Below are positions 1 to 10,496 of a stretch of 64,000 nucleotides of DNA, piece after piece. Origin of the DNA: Nitrospirota bacterium. Its GTDB lineage: Bacteria; UBA2233. The position numbers were made by a program, and so were the translations under genes. Where the stretch lies: the NCBI GenBank assembly GCA_011620345.1, contig WOZJ01000018.1, forward strand, positions 1-64,000, given 5' to 3'. The number at the start of each line of letters is the position of its first letter. The stretch's first letter is position 1. Below the pieces are notes generated by a model, which saw nothing but the letters and a program-made list of their open reading frames with translations, had not been told where the DNA came from and did no database searches.

Positions 1-384
1 GAGCAAAGCAACCCTAGGCCTTCCTTGTGGCTTCGAATTCCTGTAGTCTTTCAGCTTGGACAAGCACTATCCGTACTCAAAAAGCTGGGATACCGTCTAA
101 GCGTGATAAACGGGGTTTTTCCTAACATACCTCTTGAACAGCTCAAACAAGGCCCCTTTTTCTGTGCACGATGCAACCAAGAAGGCTTAGGTGTAGGCGT
201 TTTGCTCGTGGATAAAGCTGGAGTCGTTTCTATGCCTAAGGGCTTCCCCCTTCAAAGCTACGAGCCTCCAAGCCAGGACGAATCGATGAACATCTTAAAG
301 GACATCCTCGAAGCCCACGGGTTCATCATGCCGAACCCAAACCAGGCGTGGCACTTTGAGCTCCCCAACATGGATCAGCTCTAA
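1..384 (+). CDS. hypothetical protein, probably 5'-truncated by the window edge
   Basis: Frame is open from base 1; its TAA stop overlaps the alr ATG (TAATG). No recognisable motif. Confidence 0.5.
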   Translation, partial: EQSNPRPSLWLRIPVVFQLGQALSVLKKLGYRLSVINGVFPNIPLEQLKQGPFFCARCNQEGLGVGVLLVDKAGVVSMPKGFPLQSYEPPSQDESMNILKDILEAHGFIMPNPNQAWHFELPNMDQL

Positions 385-1406
385 TGGCACGGCTTGTTCT
401 CACCGTCAACCTTTGTACCGTAGCGGAAAATATAAGGCAGATCGCTCGCGCCACAGAGCGCCAAGTGATCGCCGTACTGAAGGCCGACGCCTACGGCATG
501 GGTGCAGCAAGTCTGGCCCGCTCCCTCGAAACAATGACGGAAGTGTTCGGTTTTGCTGTTTCGTGTCCACTTGAAGGGGTCGTATTGCGGAAGGCTAAGA
601 TTCTCAAGCCCATCCTAGTGCTTACTGGAGTCTTGCCTGGCGAGCTAAACTTGATCGAACGTTGGCGTCTTACCCCGGTTGTTTCGGACCCGGCGCACCT
701 CCTCGCACTCAAAAACAGCCCCCTTCCCTACCACGTCAAGTACGATACGGGAATGGGCAGGCTTGGGTTCTTGGCCCCCCAAAACCACGACCCTAGAATC
801 CTCGGGGTCATGTCGCACCTTTCCTCGGCCGGCACGGATCCGGCCTATACGAAAGAACAAATTGAGCGATTCGGGGGCTTTTTAGGAACACACGGTCCTC
901 TCCCCTTCGTCCACCTGCAAAACTCCGCGGGTATCGCCTTCAAGGTGCCTTGGGCAAACCTTGTACGCGTAGGGCTTGCGATGTTTGGCGAACACCCGGC
1001 CGAGCCGTTCCCGGTGCAGCTCTCTTACGCCTTAGAACTCAAGGCCAGGGTCGTTTCGGTAAAGACGCTCGCCAAAGGCTCGAGCGTTTCCTACAACCGC
1101 TCGTGCGTCCTTTCAGAAGACGCCCAGATTGCCGTGGTGAACATCGGGTATGCCGACGGGCTTACGAGGGCCCTGTCGAACAAGGGATCCTTGCTTGTGC
1201 ATGGCAAGCCGGCCCGGGTCCTGGGGGACATTACGATGGACATGACGCTTATCGATACGACTGGAATGGATGTGCGCGTGGGAGATTGGGTTGTCGTAGT
1301 CAACGCATTCCAAACCTTCGGAGCCCTGGCAAGGCTTGCAGGGACAATACCGTATGAACTAATGTGCAACCTGTCTTCAAGGGCAAGGCGTGTCTACAGG
1401 CGCTGA
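384..1406 (+). CDS. alr: alanine racemase
   Basis: PLP-lysine motif AVLKADAYGMG, HVKYDTGMGRLGF, GYADG, ITMDM, GTIPYELMC. Confidence 0.97.
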   Translation: MARLVLTVNLCTVAENIRQIARATERQVIAVLKADAYGMGAASLARSLETMTEVFGFAVSCPLEGVVLRKAKILKPILVLTGVLPGELNLIERWRLTPVVSDPAHLLALKNSPLPYHVKYDTGMGRLGFLAPQNHDPRILGVMSHLSSAGTDPAYTKEQIERFGGFLGTHGPLPFVHLQNSAGIAFKVPWANLVRVGLAMFGEHPAEPFPVQLSYALELKARVVSVKTLAKGSSVSYNRSCVLSEDAQIAVVNIGYADGLTRALSNKGSLLVHGKPARVLGDITMDMTLIDTTGMDVRVGDWVVVVNAFQTFGALARLAGTIPYELMCNLSSRARRVYRR

Positions 1407-1832
1407 AACAGCCTCTCCGTTCCCGCATATCACCCTGTACGCCGCATCCAACAGCCCGTTCACGAACGCGGCAGATTGCTCAGAACCAAACACCTTAGCA
1501 AGCTCTATCGCCTCATCAATCGCCACCTTGGGAGGCGTTTTGGTGCGCTCCGGATAGGTCAGCTCGAACAGGGCCAGCCTGAGAATGCACAGATCGACCA
1601 GACCGATCCGGTGTAGCGGCCAGTTGCGGGAAATACCCTCGATCGTACAGTCTAAGGCCTGCTTGTTGTCGATTGCACCATGGACCAAAAGCTCAAAAAA
1701 CGGGTCTTCGTCTTCCTTTGGAAAGAAGGCCTTCAAGGTGCGCTCAACGAACCCCCCCAAGTCGGCCTCCTTCGTAGCCGTCAGCCCGTAAAGCAGCTGG
1801 AAGGCCTGAATGCGGGCCTTGTGCCTTGTCAC
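1377..1832 (-). CDS. nusB: transcription antitermination factor NusB
   Basis: RHKARIQAFQLLY, ILRLALFEL, VAIDEAIELAKVFG, FVNGLLD; follows ribH. Confidence 0.96.
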   Translation of the reverse strand: MTRHKARIQAFQLLYGLTATKEADLGGFVERTLKAFFPKEDEDPFFELLVHGAIDNKQALDCTIEGISRNWPLHRIGLVDLCILRLALFELTYPERTKTPPKVAIDEAIELAKVFGSEQSAAFVNGLLDAAYRVICGNGEAVSAPVDTPCP

Positions 1833-2318
1833 CTAAGCCAAACCATCCTCGAGGTGTTTTTTAAGCGTTGCCATTTCTACGGCGGCAAGCGCCGATTGGT
1901 ACCCCTTGTTCCCTTGCTTAGAGCCGGAGCGCTCGATGGCCTGTTCGAGCGAGTCTGCCGTAACGATACCGAACGCTACGGGAAGCCGAAATTCGCGCAT
2001 CACCTGGCCGATGCCCCTGGTCACCTCGGCGCTGATATACTCAAAATGTGGCGTTGCACCGCGAATAAGCACTCCAAGCGCGATAAGGGCATCGAACCTG
2101 CCGGTCTGGGCAAGCTCTCGAACATAAAGCGGGACTTCATAACTGCCAGGCACCTTCACCACAACAATGTCTTCCGTGCTGACCCGGCACTGCCTTAAGG
2201 CCTCTAGGGCGCCTTCGAGCAGGCGAAGCGAGAACATCTCGTTGAACCTGGAGGCCACGAGCCCAAATTTCAGGCCTTCCCCGCTGAGATGGCCTTCAAA
2301 CGTCTTTACCGTCTCCAT
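1833..2318 (-). CDS. ribH: 6,7-dimethyl-8-ribityllumazine synthase
   Basis: [37 protein letters not shown]. Confidence 0.97.
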   Translation of the reverse strand: METVKTFEGHLSGEGLKFGLVASRFNEMFSLRLLEGALEALRQCRVSTEDIVVVKVPGSYEVPLYVRELAQTGRFDALIALGVLIRGATPHFEYISAEVTRGIGQVMREFRLPVAFGIVTADSLEQAIERSGSKQGNKGYQSALAAVEMATLKKHLEDGLA

Positions 2319-3546
2319 TGACTTCTCCTACGACGCATTGCTGAAAATGAGAAAGGAGGTGGCCTAACTTCTCGGACTTTGTCTTGAGGTAAAAATAATT
2401 CTTCTCGTTGGGGGGGATTTCGATAGGCACGCGCTCGACAATATCAATCCCATAGCCCTTTAAGCTGACCACTTTTTTGGGGTTGTTCGTAAGGAGCCGA
2501 ATGTTGCGTACCCCCAACTCCACCAGAATCTGGGCGCCGATCCCGTAATCTCTCAGATCCGGCTTAAACCCAAGCCTTGCGTTCGCCTCGACCGTATCCA
2601 GCCCCTCATCCTGGAGGGCATAGGCATGAATTTTATTTTTGAGCCCGATCCCCCTGCCCTCCTGGCGCATGTACACAAGAATGCCCTTGCCTTCCTTGCC
2701 GATCAAGTAAAGCGAAACGGCAAGCTGCTCCCCGCAGTCGCACCGAAGCGACCCGAACACGTCACCAGTCAAACACTCGGAGTGCATCCGTACAAGGACG
2801 GCGTCATCCGGACTGAAGTCTCCTTTGACCAACGCCACGTGCTGCTTTTGATCGATCTCGCTCTCGAACAAAAGAATTGAGCACTCTCCCGCTAGCCTTA
2901 CCGGAAGCGTCGCCCTGGCGATCTCCTTTACAAGTCGCTCTCTTCTGATCCTGTAGGCGATCAAATCGGCGACCGTCACGATCTTCAACCCATGAGTCTT
3001 TGCAAATTGCATCAGCTGAGGCATACGAGCCATCGTACCGTCCTCGTTCATGATCTCGCAGATCACGCCGTAAGGCTTAAGACCTGCAAGCCTGGCCAAA
3101 TCGACCGACCCCTCCGTTTGCCCGGCCCGTATAAGGACGCCCCCATTCCGCGCCCGCAAAGGGAAAATATGGCCCGGCACGGTGAAATCCGAAAGCGTCG
3201 CATCGTCTTGGGTTGCCTTCAGGATGGTTATAGCCCTGTCAAAAGCGGATATCCCTGTCGTTACGTCTTTTTTGGCATCGATCGAAACCGTGAAAGCCGT
3301 CTGGTGGGGGGAGGTGTTTTCGGGGACCATCATAGTAAGGCCAAGCGAAGCAACTTTTTCTTCCGTGAGCGTTAAACAGATCAACCCTTTGCCATGCGTG
3401 GCCATAAAGTTGACGGCGTCGGGGGTAACCATTTGGGCTGCCATAAACAAATCACCCTCGTTCTCCCTATCTTCATCGTCCACCAGGATCACCATCCTGC
3501 CGGCCTTGATCTCTTCCAAGGCCTCTTCAACGGTCGCAAACGACAT
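2296..3546 (-). CDS. ribBA: bifunctional DHBP synthase / GTP cyclohydrolase II
   Basis: [50 protein letters not shown]. Confidence 0.97.
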   Translation of the reverse strand: MSFATVEEALEEIKAGRMVILVDDEDRENEGDLFMAAQMVTPDAVNFMATHGKGLICLTLTEEKVASLGLTMMVPENTSPHQTAFTVSIDAKKDVTTGISAFDRAITILKATQDDATLSDFTVPGHIFPLRARNGGVLIRAGQTEGSVDLARLAGLKPYGVICEIMNEDGTMARMPQLMQFAKTHGLKIVTVADLIAYRIRRERLVKEIARATLPVRLAGECSILLFESEIDQKQHVALVKGDFSPDDAVLVRMHSECLTGDVFGSLRCDCGEQLAVSLYLIGKEGKGILVYMRQEGRGIGLKNKIHAYALQDEGLDTVEANARLGFKPDLRDYGIGAQILVELGVRNIRLLTNNPKKVVSLKGYGIDIVERVPIEIPPNEKNYFYLKTKSEKLGHLLSHFQQCVVGEVNGDGKDV

Positions 3547-3556
3547 ACATGCCTCC

Positions 3557-4204
3557 TTAAAAAAAACCGTGCTCTTGGAGCAGATCCAAGCTGATCCTTT
3601 CTTTTACGGCCGCTGCCTCCCGCTTGGCGTCCAAGAGCCTTTCTACGTACTTGGCCAAAACATCTACCTCAAGGTTGACCGACTCTCCAACCTTGACCGA
3701 TTGAAGCGTCGTGTGCTCACGCGTCAAGGGGAGGACGACAACGGAGAAACATCCTTCGTTCGTATCGAGCCCGGCTACCGTAAGCGAAACGCCATCGACG
3801 GCGATGGAACCTTTCTCGGCAATGTAGGCCATGAGCCGCTTGGGCGGCTCTACCCACACGAGCATCTGGTTGAGTCCTGCCGCCAGGTTCGTCACTCTTC
3901 CCGCGCCGTCGACATGCCCCTGGACGATGTGTCCACCGAGCCTCCCGCCTAGCCGAAGCGCTCTTTCTAAGTTAACCAACGCCCCTGGCCGCTTTCTTTG
4001 GAGCGTCGAACGCACGAGCGTTTCCCTTGAAACTTCGGCCCGAAACCATTCCTTGCTCCGTGCGGTTATGCTCAAACAGACGCCGTCCACGCTGATGCTC
4101 TCGCCGATGTCGAGCTCTAGGGACTTCACGGTAAACCCGATTTCGAGAAACCCAGTCCCCGCGGCCCTTACGACACCCAGAGTTTCGATCAGTCCTGTGA
4201 ACAT
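3557..4204 (-). CDS. ribE: riboflavin synthase (alpha subunit)
   Basis: N-terminal [36 protein letters not shown]. Confidence 0.97.
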   Translation of the reverse strand: MFTGLIETLGVVRAAGTGFLEIGFTVKSLELDIGESISVDGVCLSITARSKEWFRAEVSRETLVRSTLQRKRPGALVNLERALRLGGRLGGHIVQGHVDGAGRVTNLAAGLNQMLVWVEPPKRLMAYIAEKGSIAVDGVSLTVAGLDTNEGCFSVVVLPLTREHTTLQSVKVGESVNLEVDVLAKYVERLLDAKREAAAVKERISLDLLQEHGFF

Positions 4205-5358
4205 GGAGGGTTTGCCTTTTTGAGGACGATGAGGATATCCGGCCCGTTGCGCCGGACACCGGCGAACTCCAAGGACAACGCGTCTTCGATGGAGCGAACT
4301 CCGGTTTCTTGAATAAGCGGCACGCCGTGCATTCCAATAAGTTTGGGTGCCATGTTTAGGTATAGCGTATCATAGCGCCCTGAAAGGACGAAGGATGTTA
4401 ACACTCGAGACCCCCCCTCAACCAGTATGTTCACAACCTCCTTCGACCCAAGAACCCTAAGGACATCCCCTAAGTCAACGCCACCCACGGCGGAATTTCC
4501 AGCGGCGACAAATACACTCACCCCCCTGGCAAGAAGCGCTTCTTTGCGGGCGGAATCATGCTCGGAAGAGCAGAAGACCCACGTCTTGGAAACGTCCTCA
4601 TCCGCCACAAGGAAAGCATCCAAGGGCACCCGGAGGTGCGAATCCAGGAGGACGCGGATAGGCTTTTTTCTAACTCTGCCTAGGGCATCCCGGGCTGTAA
4701 GCCTTGGGTTGTCGGCAAGGACCGTTTCCACGCCGACTAAGATCGCATCCGCTCGAAGGCGGAGTTCGTGGGCGAAAGAAAGCCCCTGCTTCGAGCTTAT
4801 CCATTTGGAGCTCCCGTCCGGAGCGGCAATTTTACCGTCCAACGAAACGGCCGCCTTGAGCACAACGTGGGGCAACCGTGTGCGGACCCACTGAAAATAG
4901 TCTTCGTTGAGCTGAAAACAGGAGCGGCTGAGCACGCCGAGCGAAACATCGAGGCCTGCCCGGCTCAAACGCTCCACGCCCTTGCCGGATACGAGCGGGT
5001 TTGGGTCTAGCGTCCCGACGACAACCCTACGAATTGGAGGAGAGTGTTTTAGGATGATTTCCGTACAGGGGGCCGTCTTCCCGAAATGGTTGCAGGGTTC
5101 GAGCGTACTGTAAAGCGTAAGGGGTTGGCATCTGCCAAAAGAAGTTCCCAAGCGCCTTTTAGAATCCTCGATCGCCTCAACCTCGGCGTGGGCTTCGCCA
5201 AAGGCCTTGTGGTAGCCCTGGCCAACAAGGTCCTCTCGATAGACAAGCACGCACCCAACATAAGGGTTGGGGTGAGTTTTGCCAAGGCCCCTCGTCGCAA
5301 GCCGAAGGGCCTTGCGCATCCAAAAGACATCTTTGTCTGGATCCGAAACAGGGCTCAT
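4189..5358 (-). CDS. ribD: riboflavin biosynthesis deaminase/reductase RibD
   Basis: PNPYVGC, HAE, TLEPCNHFGKTAPC, SLDGKIA, VEGG; start is ATG 5358 or TTG 5373. Confidence 0.95.
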   Translation of the reverse strand: MSPVSDPDKDVFWMRKALRLATRGLGKTHPNPYVGCVLVYREDLVGQGYHKAFGEAHAEVEAIEDSKRRLGTSFGRCQPLTLYSTLEPCNHFGKTAPCTEIILKHSPPIRRVVVGTLDPNPLVSGKGVERLSRAGLDVSLGVLSRSCFQLNEDYFQWVRTRLPHVVLKAAVSLDGKIAAPDGSSKWISSKQGLSFAHELRLRADAILVGVETVLADNPRLTARDALGRVRKKPIRVLLDSHLRVPLDAFLVADEDVSKTWVFCSSEHDSARKEALLARGVSVFVAAGNSAVGGVDLGDVLRVLGSKEVVNILVEGGSRVLTSFVLSGRYDTLYLNMAPKLIGMHGVPLIQETGVRSIEDALSLEFAGVRRNGPDILIVLKKANPPCSQD

Positions 5359-5376
5359 AAGCTGCCCGCACAATGG

Positions 5377-6606
5377 CTAGGCGTAGAGAGGAAACGCCTC
5401 ACAGAGCTCGAGAACACGGTGCTGCACACGCAATTTTACGCTTTCGTCGTCCCTTTGCTTGAAGACATCGGCGATCAGACGGGCGACTTCTTCAGACTCC
5501 TGCTCGGTAAACCCGCGGGTTGTGATCGCAGGGGTTCCTATCCGGATACCGCTCGTCACTCCGGGAGGTAAAGGATCAAACGGGATAACATTCTTGTTCG
5601 TCGTAATCCCCACCTGCTCCAGCAAACTCTCGGCCTGCTTGCCCGTAAGGCCAACGGAGCGGACGTCCAAAAGGAGCATATGCGTGTCCGTTCCGCCACT
5701 CACGAGCCGAATTCCAGCTACTTCGAAAGCCCTGCTCATCGCACGGGCGTTCTCAACCACCCGTCGCTGGTAGGCTCGAAATTCCTCCGTGGAAGCCTCT
5801 TGAAACGCAACGGCCTTTGCCGCGACGACGTTCATCAGCGGGCCGCCCTGTATCCCTGGAAACACGGCTTTGTCGATGCTTTGGGCATACGGCCGTCTGG
5901 TGAGGACAACTCCGCCCCTCGGGCCCCTTAACGTTTTATGGGTGGTAAAGGTCACATACTCACAGAATGGAACTGGGTTCGGAAACAGCCCGGCCACGAT
6001 AAGCCCGGCATAATGGGCCACGTCCGCCATGAGTTTGGCCCCGACCTCGTCCGCAATCTCACGAAAGGGCTCAAAAGGGATCATTCTTGGATAGCTCGAC
6101 GCTCCGACAACGATAAGCTTCGGGCGGACCTTCATGGCCTGAAGACGTACTTGGTCAAAGTCGATCCGCTCGGTTTTTTCATCCACCCCGTAGGAATGGA
6201 CATCGTAAAGGATACCGGAAAAATTTACAGGGCTTCCGTGACTTAAATGCCCGCCATGCTTTAAATCCATGGCCAAGAGTGCATCGCCCGGCTTGAGGCA
6301 GGAGAACAAAACGGCCATGTTCGCCTGCGTTCCTGAATGGGGCTGAACGTTGGCATGTTCCGCTCCAAAAAGCCCCTTAACCCTGTCGATCGCCAAGGTT
6401 TCCGCCTGGTCCATGTACAGGCAGCCGCCGTAGTAGCGCTTGCCTGGGTACCCTTCGGCATACTTGTTCGTCATCACGCTGCCAAGCGCCTCGAGGACTG
6501 CCCTTGAGGTAAAATTCTCCGAAGCGATAAGCTCCAGCCCCTCTCTTTGGCGTTCCATCTCATGTTGAATAACAGCGGCAATTTCAGGGTCAACTTCTCT
6601 TAACAT
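5377..6606 (-). CDS. glyA: serine hydroxymethyltransferase
   Basis: [54 protein letters not shown]. Confidence 0.98.
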   Translation of the reverse strand: MLREVDPEIAAVIQHEMERQREGLELIASENFTSRAVLEALGSVMTNKYAEGYPGKRYYGGCLYMDQAETLAIDRVKGLFGAEHANVQPHSGTQANMAVLFSCLKPGDALLAMDLKHGGHLSHGSPVNFSGILYDVHSYGVDEKTERIDFDQVRLQAMKVRPKLIVVGASSYPRMIPFEPFREIADEVGAKLMADVAHYAGLIVAGLFPNPVPFCEYVTFTTHKTLRGPRGGVVLTRRPYAQSIDKAVFPGIQGGPLMNVVAAKAVAFQEASTEEFRAYQRRVVENARAMSRAFEVAGIRLVSGGTDTHMLLLDVRSVGLTGKQAESLLEQVGITTNKNVIPFDPLPPGVTSGIRIGTPAITTRGFTEQESEEVARLIADVFKQRDDESVKLRVQHRVLELCEAFPLYA

Positions 6607-7070
6607 AACTCTTGGCCTATCTCATCCATCATGCGAACGCGCCTCAAGTGTCTTCCCCCATCAAACGGCGTAACCATCCAAACCTTCACTACTTCCAACG
6701 TCGTCTTTGTATCGAGGAACGCGGCGGGAAGGACGAGTACGTTGGCATCGTTGTGAGCCCTGGATAACTTGGCAACCTCCTCGCTCCAGGCAAGCGCCGC
6801 CCGGACCCCCCGCAAACGATTGGCCATAATGCTCATCCCCACGCCCGACCCACACAAGAGCACACCACGAAAATGGGGCGAGGCGGCCACCTTACGGGCC
6901 AAACGCAGGGCAATCAGCGGATAATCCACGCTTTCTGCATCAAAGCTCCCAACATCCTCAACCTCGAGGCCATTCTCTGCAAGGTACCCTACAATGACTC
7001 GCTTCAGAGAAAACCCTCGGTGGTCCGAACCCACGAACCAGCGGGAAACCTCTGGATGCCCTTGGTTCAT
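6600..7070 (-). CDS. rpiB: ribose-5-phosphate isomerase B
   Basis: [35 protein letters not shown]. Confidence 0.95.
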   Translation of the reverse strand: MNQGHPEVSRWFVGSDHRGFSLKRVIVGYLAENGLEVEDVGSFDAESVDYPLIALRLARKVAASPHFRGVLLCGSGVGMSIMANRLRGVRAALAWSEEVAKLSRAHNDANVLVLPAAFLDTKTTLEVVKVWMVTPFDGGRHLRRVRMMDEIGQELC

Positions 7071-7303
7071 GCCTTGACGCGCTGCTTGATGTAGTCGATC
7101 GTGTCTTGAACGGTACGGATTTTCTCGAGCTCATCGTCCGAAATCTCGATATCAAACTCTTCTTCCAGCGCCATGACGAGCTCCACGACATCGAGTGAGT
7201 CGGCCCCTAGGTCGTCCACGTAGGAGGACTCGTTGGCTACCTCTTCTACGCTCAGGCCTAGCTGCTCGGCAATGATCTCTTTGACCCTCTTTTCGATGTC
7301 CAT
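7067..7303 (-). CDS. acpP: acyl carrier protein
   Basis: [20 protein letters not shown] phosphopantetheine motif; AGGAG RBS. Confidence 0.98.
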   Translation of the reverse strand: MDIEKRVKEIIAEQLGLSVEEVANESSYVDDLGADSLDVVELVMALEEEFDIEISDDELEKIRTVQDTIDYIKQRVKA

Positions 7304-7329
7304 TCATGTTCTCCTTTTGAGTGGTTCAC

Positions 7330-8355
7330 TTAATTCCCGTCGTAAAGGGTAGAGAGTTTTTGCAAGAGCTCTTTGGTTTCCATGCCTTCGGTGATTTGCT
7401 TTCCGATCTCTTTTTCGCTGCAATCTTTTGCCCCTCGAAGCGCATTCAGGATTGCCCTTGCCGAGGAACGTCCGTGTGCAACCAGGACAACCTTCTCAAT
7501 CCCCAAGAGTGGGGCTCCCCCGTAAGCTTCGTAATCGTATGTCTTCAGGAAGGACGAGAGGGGACGCTTAATCAATGCGCCTCCCAAGCGCGAAAGAACA
7601 CTCTTCTCAACCACCGAGCGAAGGCCGCTCGAGAGGACTTCGTACACGCCCTCCATACTCTTAAGGGCGATATTCCCGTAAAACCCGTCGGCAACCACAA
7701 CGTTCGCAACGCCCTTGAGAAGATCCTTCCCCTCCACGTTCCCGATGAAGTTAAGCCCGGATATCCTAAGAAGCTTGTTCGCCCGTTTGGTCAACTCGTT
7801 TCCCTTGTCATGCTCCTCCCCGCAGGAGAGCACGGCTACAGAAGGCTTTTCTATCCCCTGGATCGTTTTTGCGTACACCTCCCCCATGAACGCAAACTGC
7901 ACGAGATGGTAGGGCTTGCAATCTACGTTCGCCCCGGCATCGATCAAGAGAGCGGGCTGACCTCCGGACGGAAGCGGGACGGCGATGGCTGGCCGATCGA
8001 CCGTCTTGAGGCGGCCGAGCGTAAAAAACGCGCTGGCCATAACGGCCCCGGAATTCCCCGCGCTGACGAAGGCGCCTATTTTTCCGTCCCGAAGGAGCTC
8101 CATGCCGACAGCAATCGTGGAAGATCGCTTCTTTCGAAGGGCATGCGATGGGGATTCATCCATTCTAACAACTTCGGTAGCGTGGACAATCTCAATTTCC
8201 CGCGCGGTTGGGCTATGCTTCCGGAGTTCATCCCGCAAAACCTCTTTAGGGCCGACCAGAACCACCTCGAGCCCTTCTTGGAGCGCGGCGAGCGCGGCGC
8301 CGATGCATACACCGGGAGAGTGATCCCCTCCCATCGCATCGAGGCCGATCTTCAC
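7330..8355 (-). CDS. plsX: phosphate acyltransferase PlsX
   Basis: LDAMGGD, SAGNSGA, DAGANVD, DGFYGNIALK, YGGAPLLG, HGRS. Confidence 0.97.
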   Translation of the reverse strand: MKIGLDAMGGDHSPGVCIGAALAALQEGLEVVLVGPKEVLRDELRKHSPTAREIEIVHATEVVRMDESPSHALRKKRSSTIAVGMELLRDGKIGAFVSAGNSGAVMASAFFTLGRLKTVDRPAIAVPLPSGGQPALLIDAGANVDCKPYHLVQFAFMGEVYAKTIQGIEKPSVAVLSCGEEHDKGNELTKRANKLLRISGLNFIGNVEGKDLLKGVANVVVADGFYGNIALKSMEGVYEVLSSGLRSVVEKSVLSRLGGALIKRPLSSFLKTYDYEAYGGAPLLGIEKVVLVAHGRSSARAILNALRGAKDCSEKEIGKQITEGMETKELLQKLSTLYDGN

Positions 8356-8371
8356 ACAATCCCCTTCATGA

Positions 8372-8563
8372 CTAAGAGGCCGCCTCCGCCTTCTTCTTCA
8401 AAACTACGCGCCCCTTGTAGGTTCCGCACGAAGGACATACGCAGTGAGACTGCTTCGGCTCACGGCATTTGGGGCAGCGCGAGAGCGTCGGAGGAACCAC
8501 TCGGAAATGCGAACGGCTTTTGTCTCTTCTTGCGCGGGAGTGTCTGTACTTTGGTTGTGCCAT
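8372..8563 (-). CDS. rpmF: 50S ribosomal protein L32 (zinc-binding type)
   Basis: MAQPKYRHSRARRDKSR, CPKC...HCVCPSCGTYKGR. Confidence 0.97.
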   Translation of the reverse strand: MAQPKYRHSRARRDKSRSHFRVVPPTLSRCPKCREPKQSHCVCPSCGTYKGRVVLKKKAEAAS

Positions 8564-8578
8564 AAATAACCTTCTTTG

Positions 8579-9148
8579 CTACGTTGTTGGCTCGTTTCGT
8601 TGCTTGGCCTGAACAATCAAGTCGCGTAGGCTTAATGCCGCCCCTTCCTTGGAACACGCACACGAAGAGAGGTTGAGGTTGACCCCGCAATTTGGGCACA
8701 GGCCGCGACACCCTTCACGGCAGAGCGGGTTGATCGGCATCTCCAAAAAAACGGGTTCCATAAGATAAGGAAACAAGTCGATGGAATGCCCTTGGTAGGT
8801 CGCCACAACATCCCCCTCCTCCTTAGGATCGAGGGCCGAGAGTTCACCTTGAGGGATGAAGGTAAGGTCGATTTCACGTGCAATCGCAAAAGCAAACCTT
8901 TCCGCACATCGCGAACATACATCCGAAAGGCTTGCATGGTTGATCCCATGAATATGGACCCATTCTTGGTCGTTCTTTTCGAGGTCGAGGACGAACGAAA
9001 GCCCCTCTACCTTGAATAACGCCATCCCCTTGAGCGTTTTCATGGCCTCCATCAAAGGAGCCCCGCGCTCGCGCGAGTCGTAACGGACGGCGCTCTGGCC
9101 GGCTGGGATGCCCTGCACGTTTAAGGTAAACCCCTTGAGCGTTTCCAT
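8579..9148 (-). CDS. yceD: DUF177/YceD family protein
   Basis: CSRC, C-terminal PLCREGCRGLCPNCGVNLN; canonical position upstream of rpmF. Confidence 0.9.
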   Translation of the reverse strand: METLKGFTLNVQGIPAGQSAVRYDSRERGAPLMEAMKTLKGMALFKVEGLSFVLDLEKNDQEWVHIHGINHASLSDVCSRCAERFAFAIAREIDLTFIPQGELSALDPKEEGDVVATYQGHSIDLFPYLMEPVFLEMPINPLCREGCRGLCPNCGVNLNLSSCACSKEGAALSLRDLIVQAKQRNEPTT

Positions 9149-9183
9149 GGCAAAGACCTTTTCGCCCGAGAAAGAGCGCTTTC

Positions 9184-9211
9184 ATTATAATTGCCATTAT
9201 TTTATTGTCAA
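9184..9211 (-). promoter_or_regulatory. sigma70 promoter of the yceD-rpmF-plsX...nusB operon
   Basis: TTGACA-N16-TATAAT on the minus strand, both hexamers perfect. Confidence 0.85.
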
Positions 9212-9279
9212 GCAAACCGCCATCACTTGCAGGTGCGGCTGTTTTCGCCTACACTTAAAAGCGAAACCCCGCTCGGCGC

Positions 9280-9307
9280 TTGGCACGAATGATGCTTGGC
9301 TTATAAC
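9280..9307 (+). promoter_or_regulatory. putative sigma70 promoter of rpsT
   Basis: TTGGCA-N16-TATAAC, upstream of the GGAGG RBS and GTG start. Confidence 0.5.
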
Positions 9308-9342
9308 TATACACGAAAATTGACCCGGAGGGAAGAAACACC

Positions 9343-9624
9343 GTGGCACAACACAAAAGTGCGATCAAACGCTACAAACAAAGTTTGCGGAACAGGGCGG
9401 CAAATAGGTCGTACAAGGCTACCATGAAGACGGCCGCCAAGAAGGCTGTCGGCTTAGCCGCGGCAGAAGGGAAAACGGAGCAGAGCCTTGAAGCCATGAA
9501 AACGGCGGTTTCCTTAATCGCCAAGGCTGCCCAAAGGGGTATCATGCATCGCAACGCCTCGAGGCGAAAAATCTCCAAGCTCATGCGTACGATGAATGGA
9601 ACAAAGCAGGCCTCGGCCTCTTAA
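9343..9624 (+). CDS. rpsT: 30S ribosomal protein S20
   Basis: AQHKSAIKR...NRSYKATMKT...GIMHRNASRRKISKL. Confidence 0.96.
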   Translation: MAQHKSAIKRYKQSLRNRAANRSYKATMKTAAKKAVGLAAAEGKTEQSLEAMKTAVSLIAKAAQRGIMHRNASRRKISKLMRTMNGTKQASAS

Positions 9625-10496
9625 GGAGCCTGGGGCCGGCCTTTTTGAAGTAGCGTTCGGGCGAGGTTTAGCTCTACGACGAGAGCTTTAGGGAACCTGC
9701 TTGTTTTGAGCGCAACCTCGAGCTCACCCAGGTTCTTTAAGTGTTCATTGTCGAGCGTGTTTGACTTAAGCAGGTTTTGGCGTACCTGCCAAACAAGCGC
9801 CCCAAGGACAGAGAACGCCGAAGAGGCGTTTGAATAGAGCTTAGCGGTCTCCTTGAACAGGGCGGGGTTTTTTTGCTCAAGCATGCATAAAACTTCAAAC
9901 GCATCAGCCTGAACAGACCCAGGGGGTGGGAGGGCGTTTTCTTGGCCGGTTAGGAGCATCTTTTCGAGCTCATAACAGGCCTGGAGCGTGTCGTATTTGT
10001 AATGCTCCCATAGAAAGCGCTTTGCCTCGGTGGAAACAGATCCGCCTAACTCATCCAAAAAACCCTTTAAGCGCGCACCCCAGAGTGATTTTTGCTGCCT
10101 GTCTCCATCTATGACGGTTGCAGCACCCAATACAAAAGAAAACAGCGGGTTGTCCGGTAGAGGCTCCTCGGCTAGGAATACGACGGTTGTACGTACCGGC
10201 AGGGCAAGCAGTGCCTTTTCCCAACCACGAACCCCTTTAGACTTGCCATCTATGGAAGGAAACTTATCAAAGGCGATCATCCGAGCGCTAGCAAACAGCA
10301 GAGGGGCCGAAAGGAGCCTTAGCAGCCCTTCGTAGCCATCCTCTTGGACCGGATCGATTCGTAAAAAACCAAGCCTACGGTCCTGATCGCCCGGAAGCTT
10401 CTCGGCAAGGAGTCGCTCCAGGAGCGTTCTTCGTGTTAGGTTGTCCCTGGCGACGATTAGGTAAAGGGCGTTTGCATCCATGCCGCTAAAGCTCAA
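9621..10496 (-). CDS. holA: DNA polymerase III delta subunit (divergent)
   Basis: leuS-lptE-holA/rpsT synteny; LLFASARMI and ELEK-like motifs; the rest is weakly conserved. Confidence 0.7.
   Translation of the reverse strand: MSFSGMDANALYLIVARDNLTRRTLLERLLAEKLPGDQDRRLGFLRIDPVQEDGYEGLLRLLSAPLLFASARMIAFDKFPSIDGKSKGVRGWEKALLALPVRTTVVFLAEEPLPDNPLFSFVLGAATVIDGDRQQKSLWGARLKGFLDELGGSVSTEAKRFLWEHYKYDTLQACYELEKMLLTGQENALPPPGSVQADAFEVLCMLEQKNPALFKETAKLYSNASSAFSVLGALVWQVRQNLLKSNTLDNEHLKNLGELEVALKTSRFPKALVVELNLARTLLQKGRPQAP

Noticed and set aside
7321-8565. 414-aa plus-strand ORF
   Set aside because: Antisense shadow of plsX/rpmF with no recognisable motifs.
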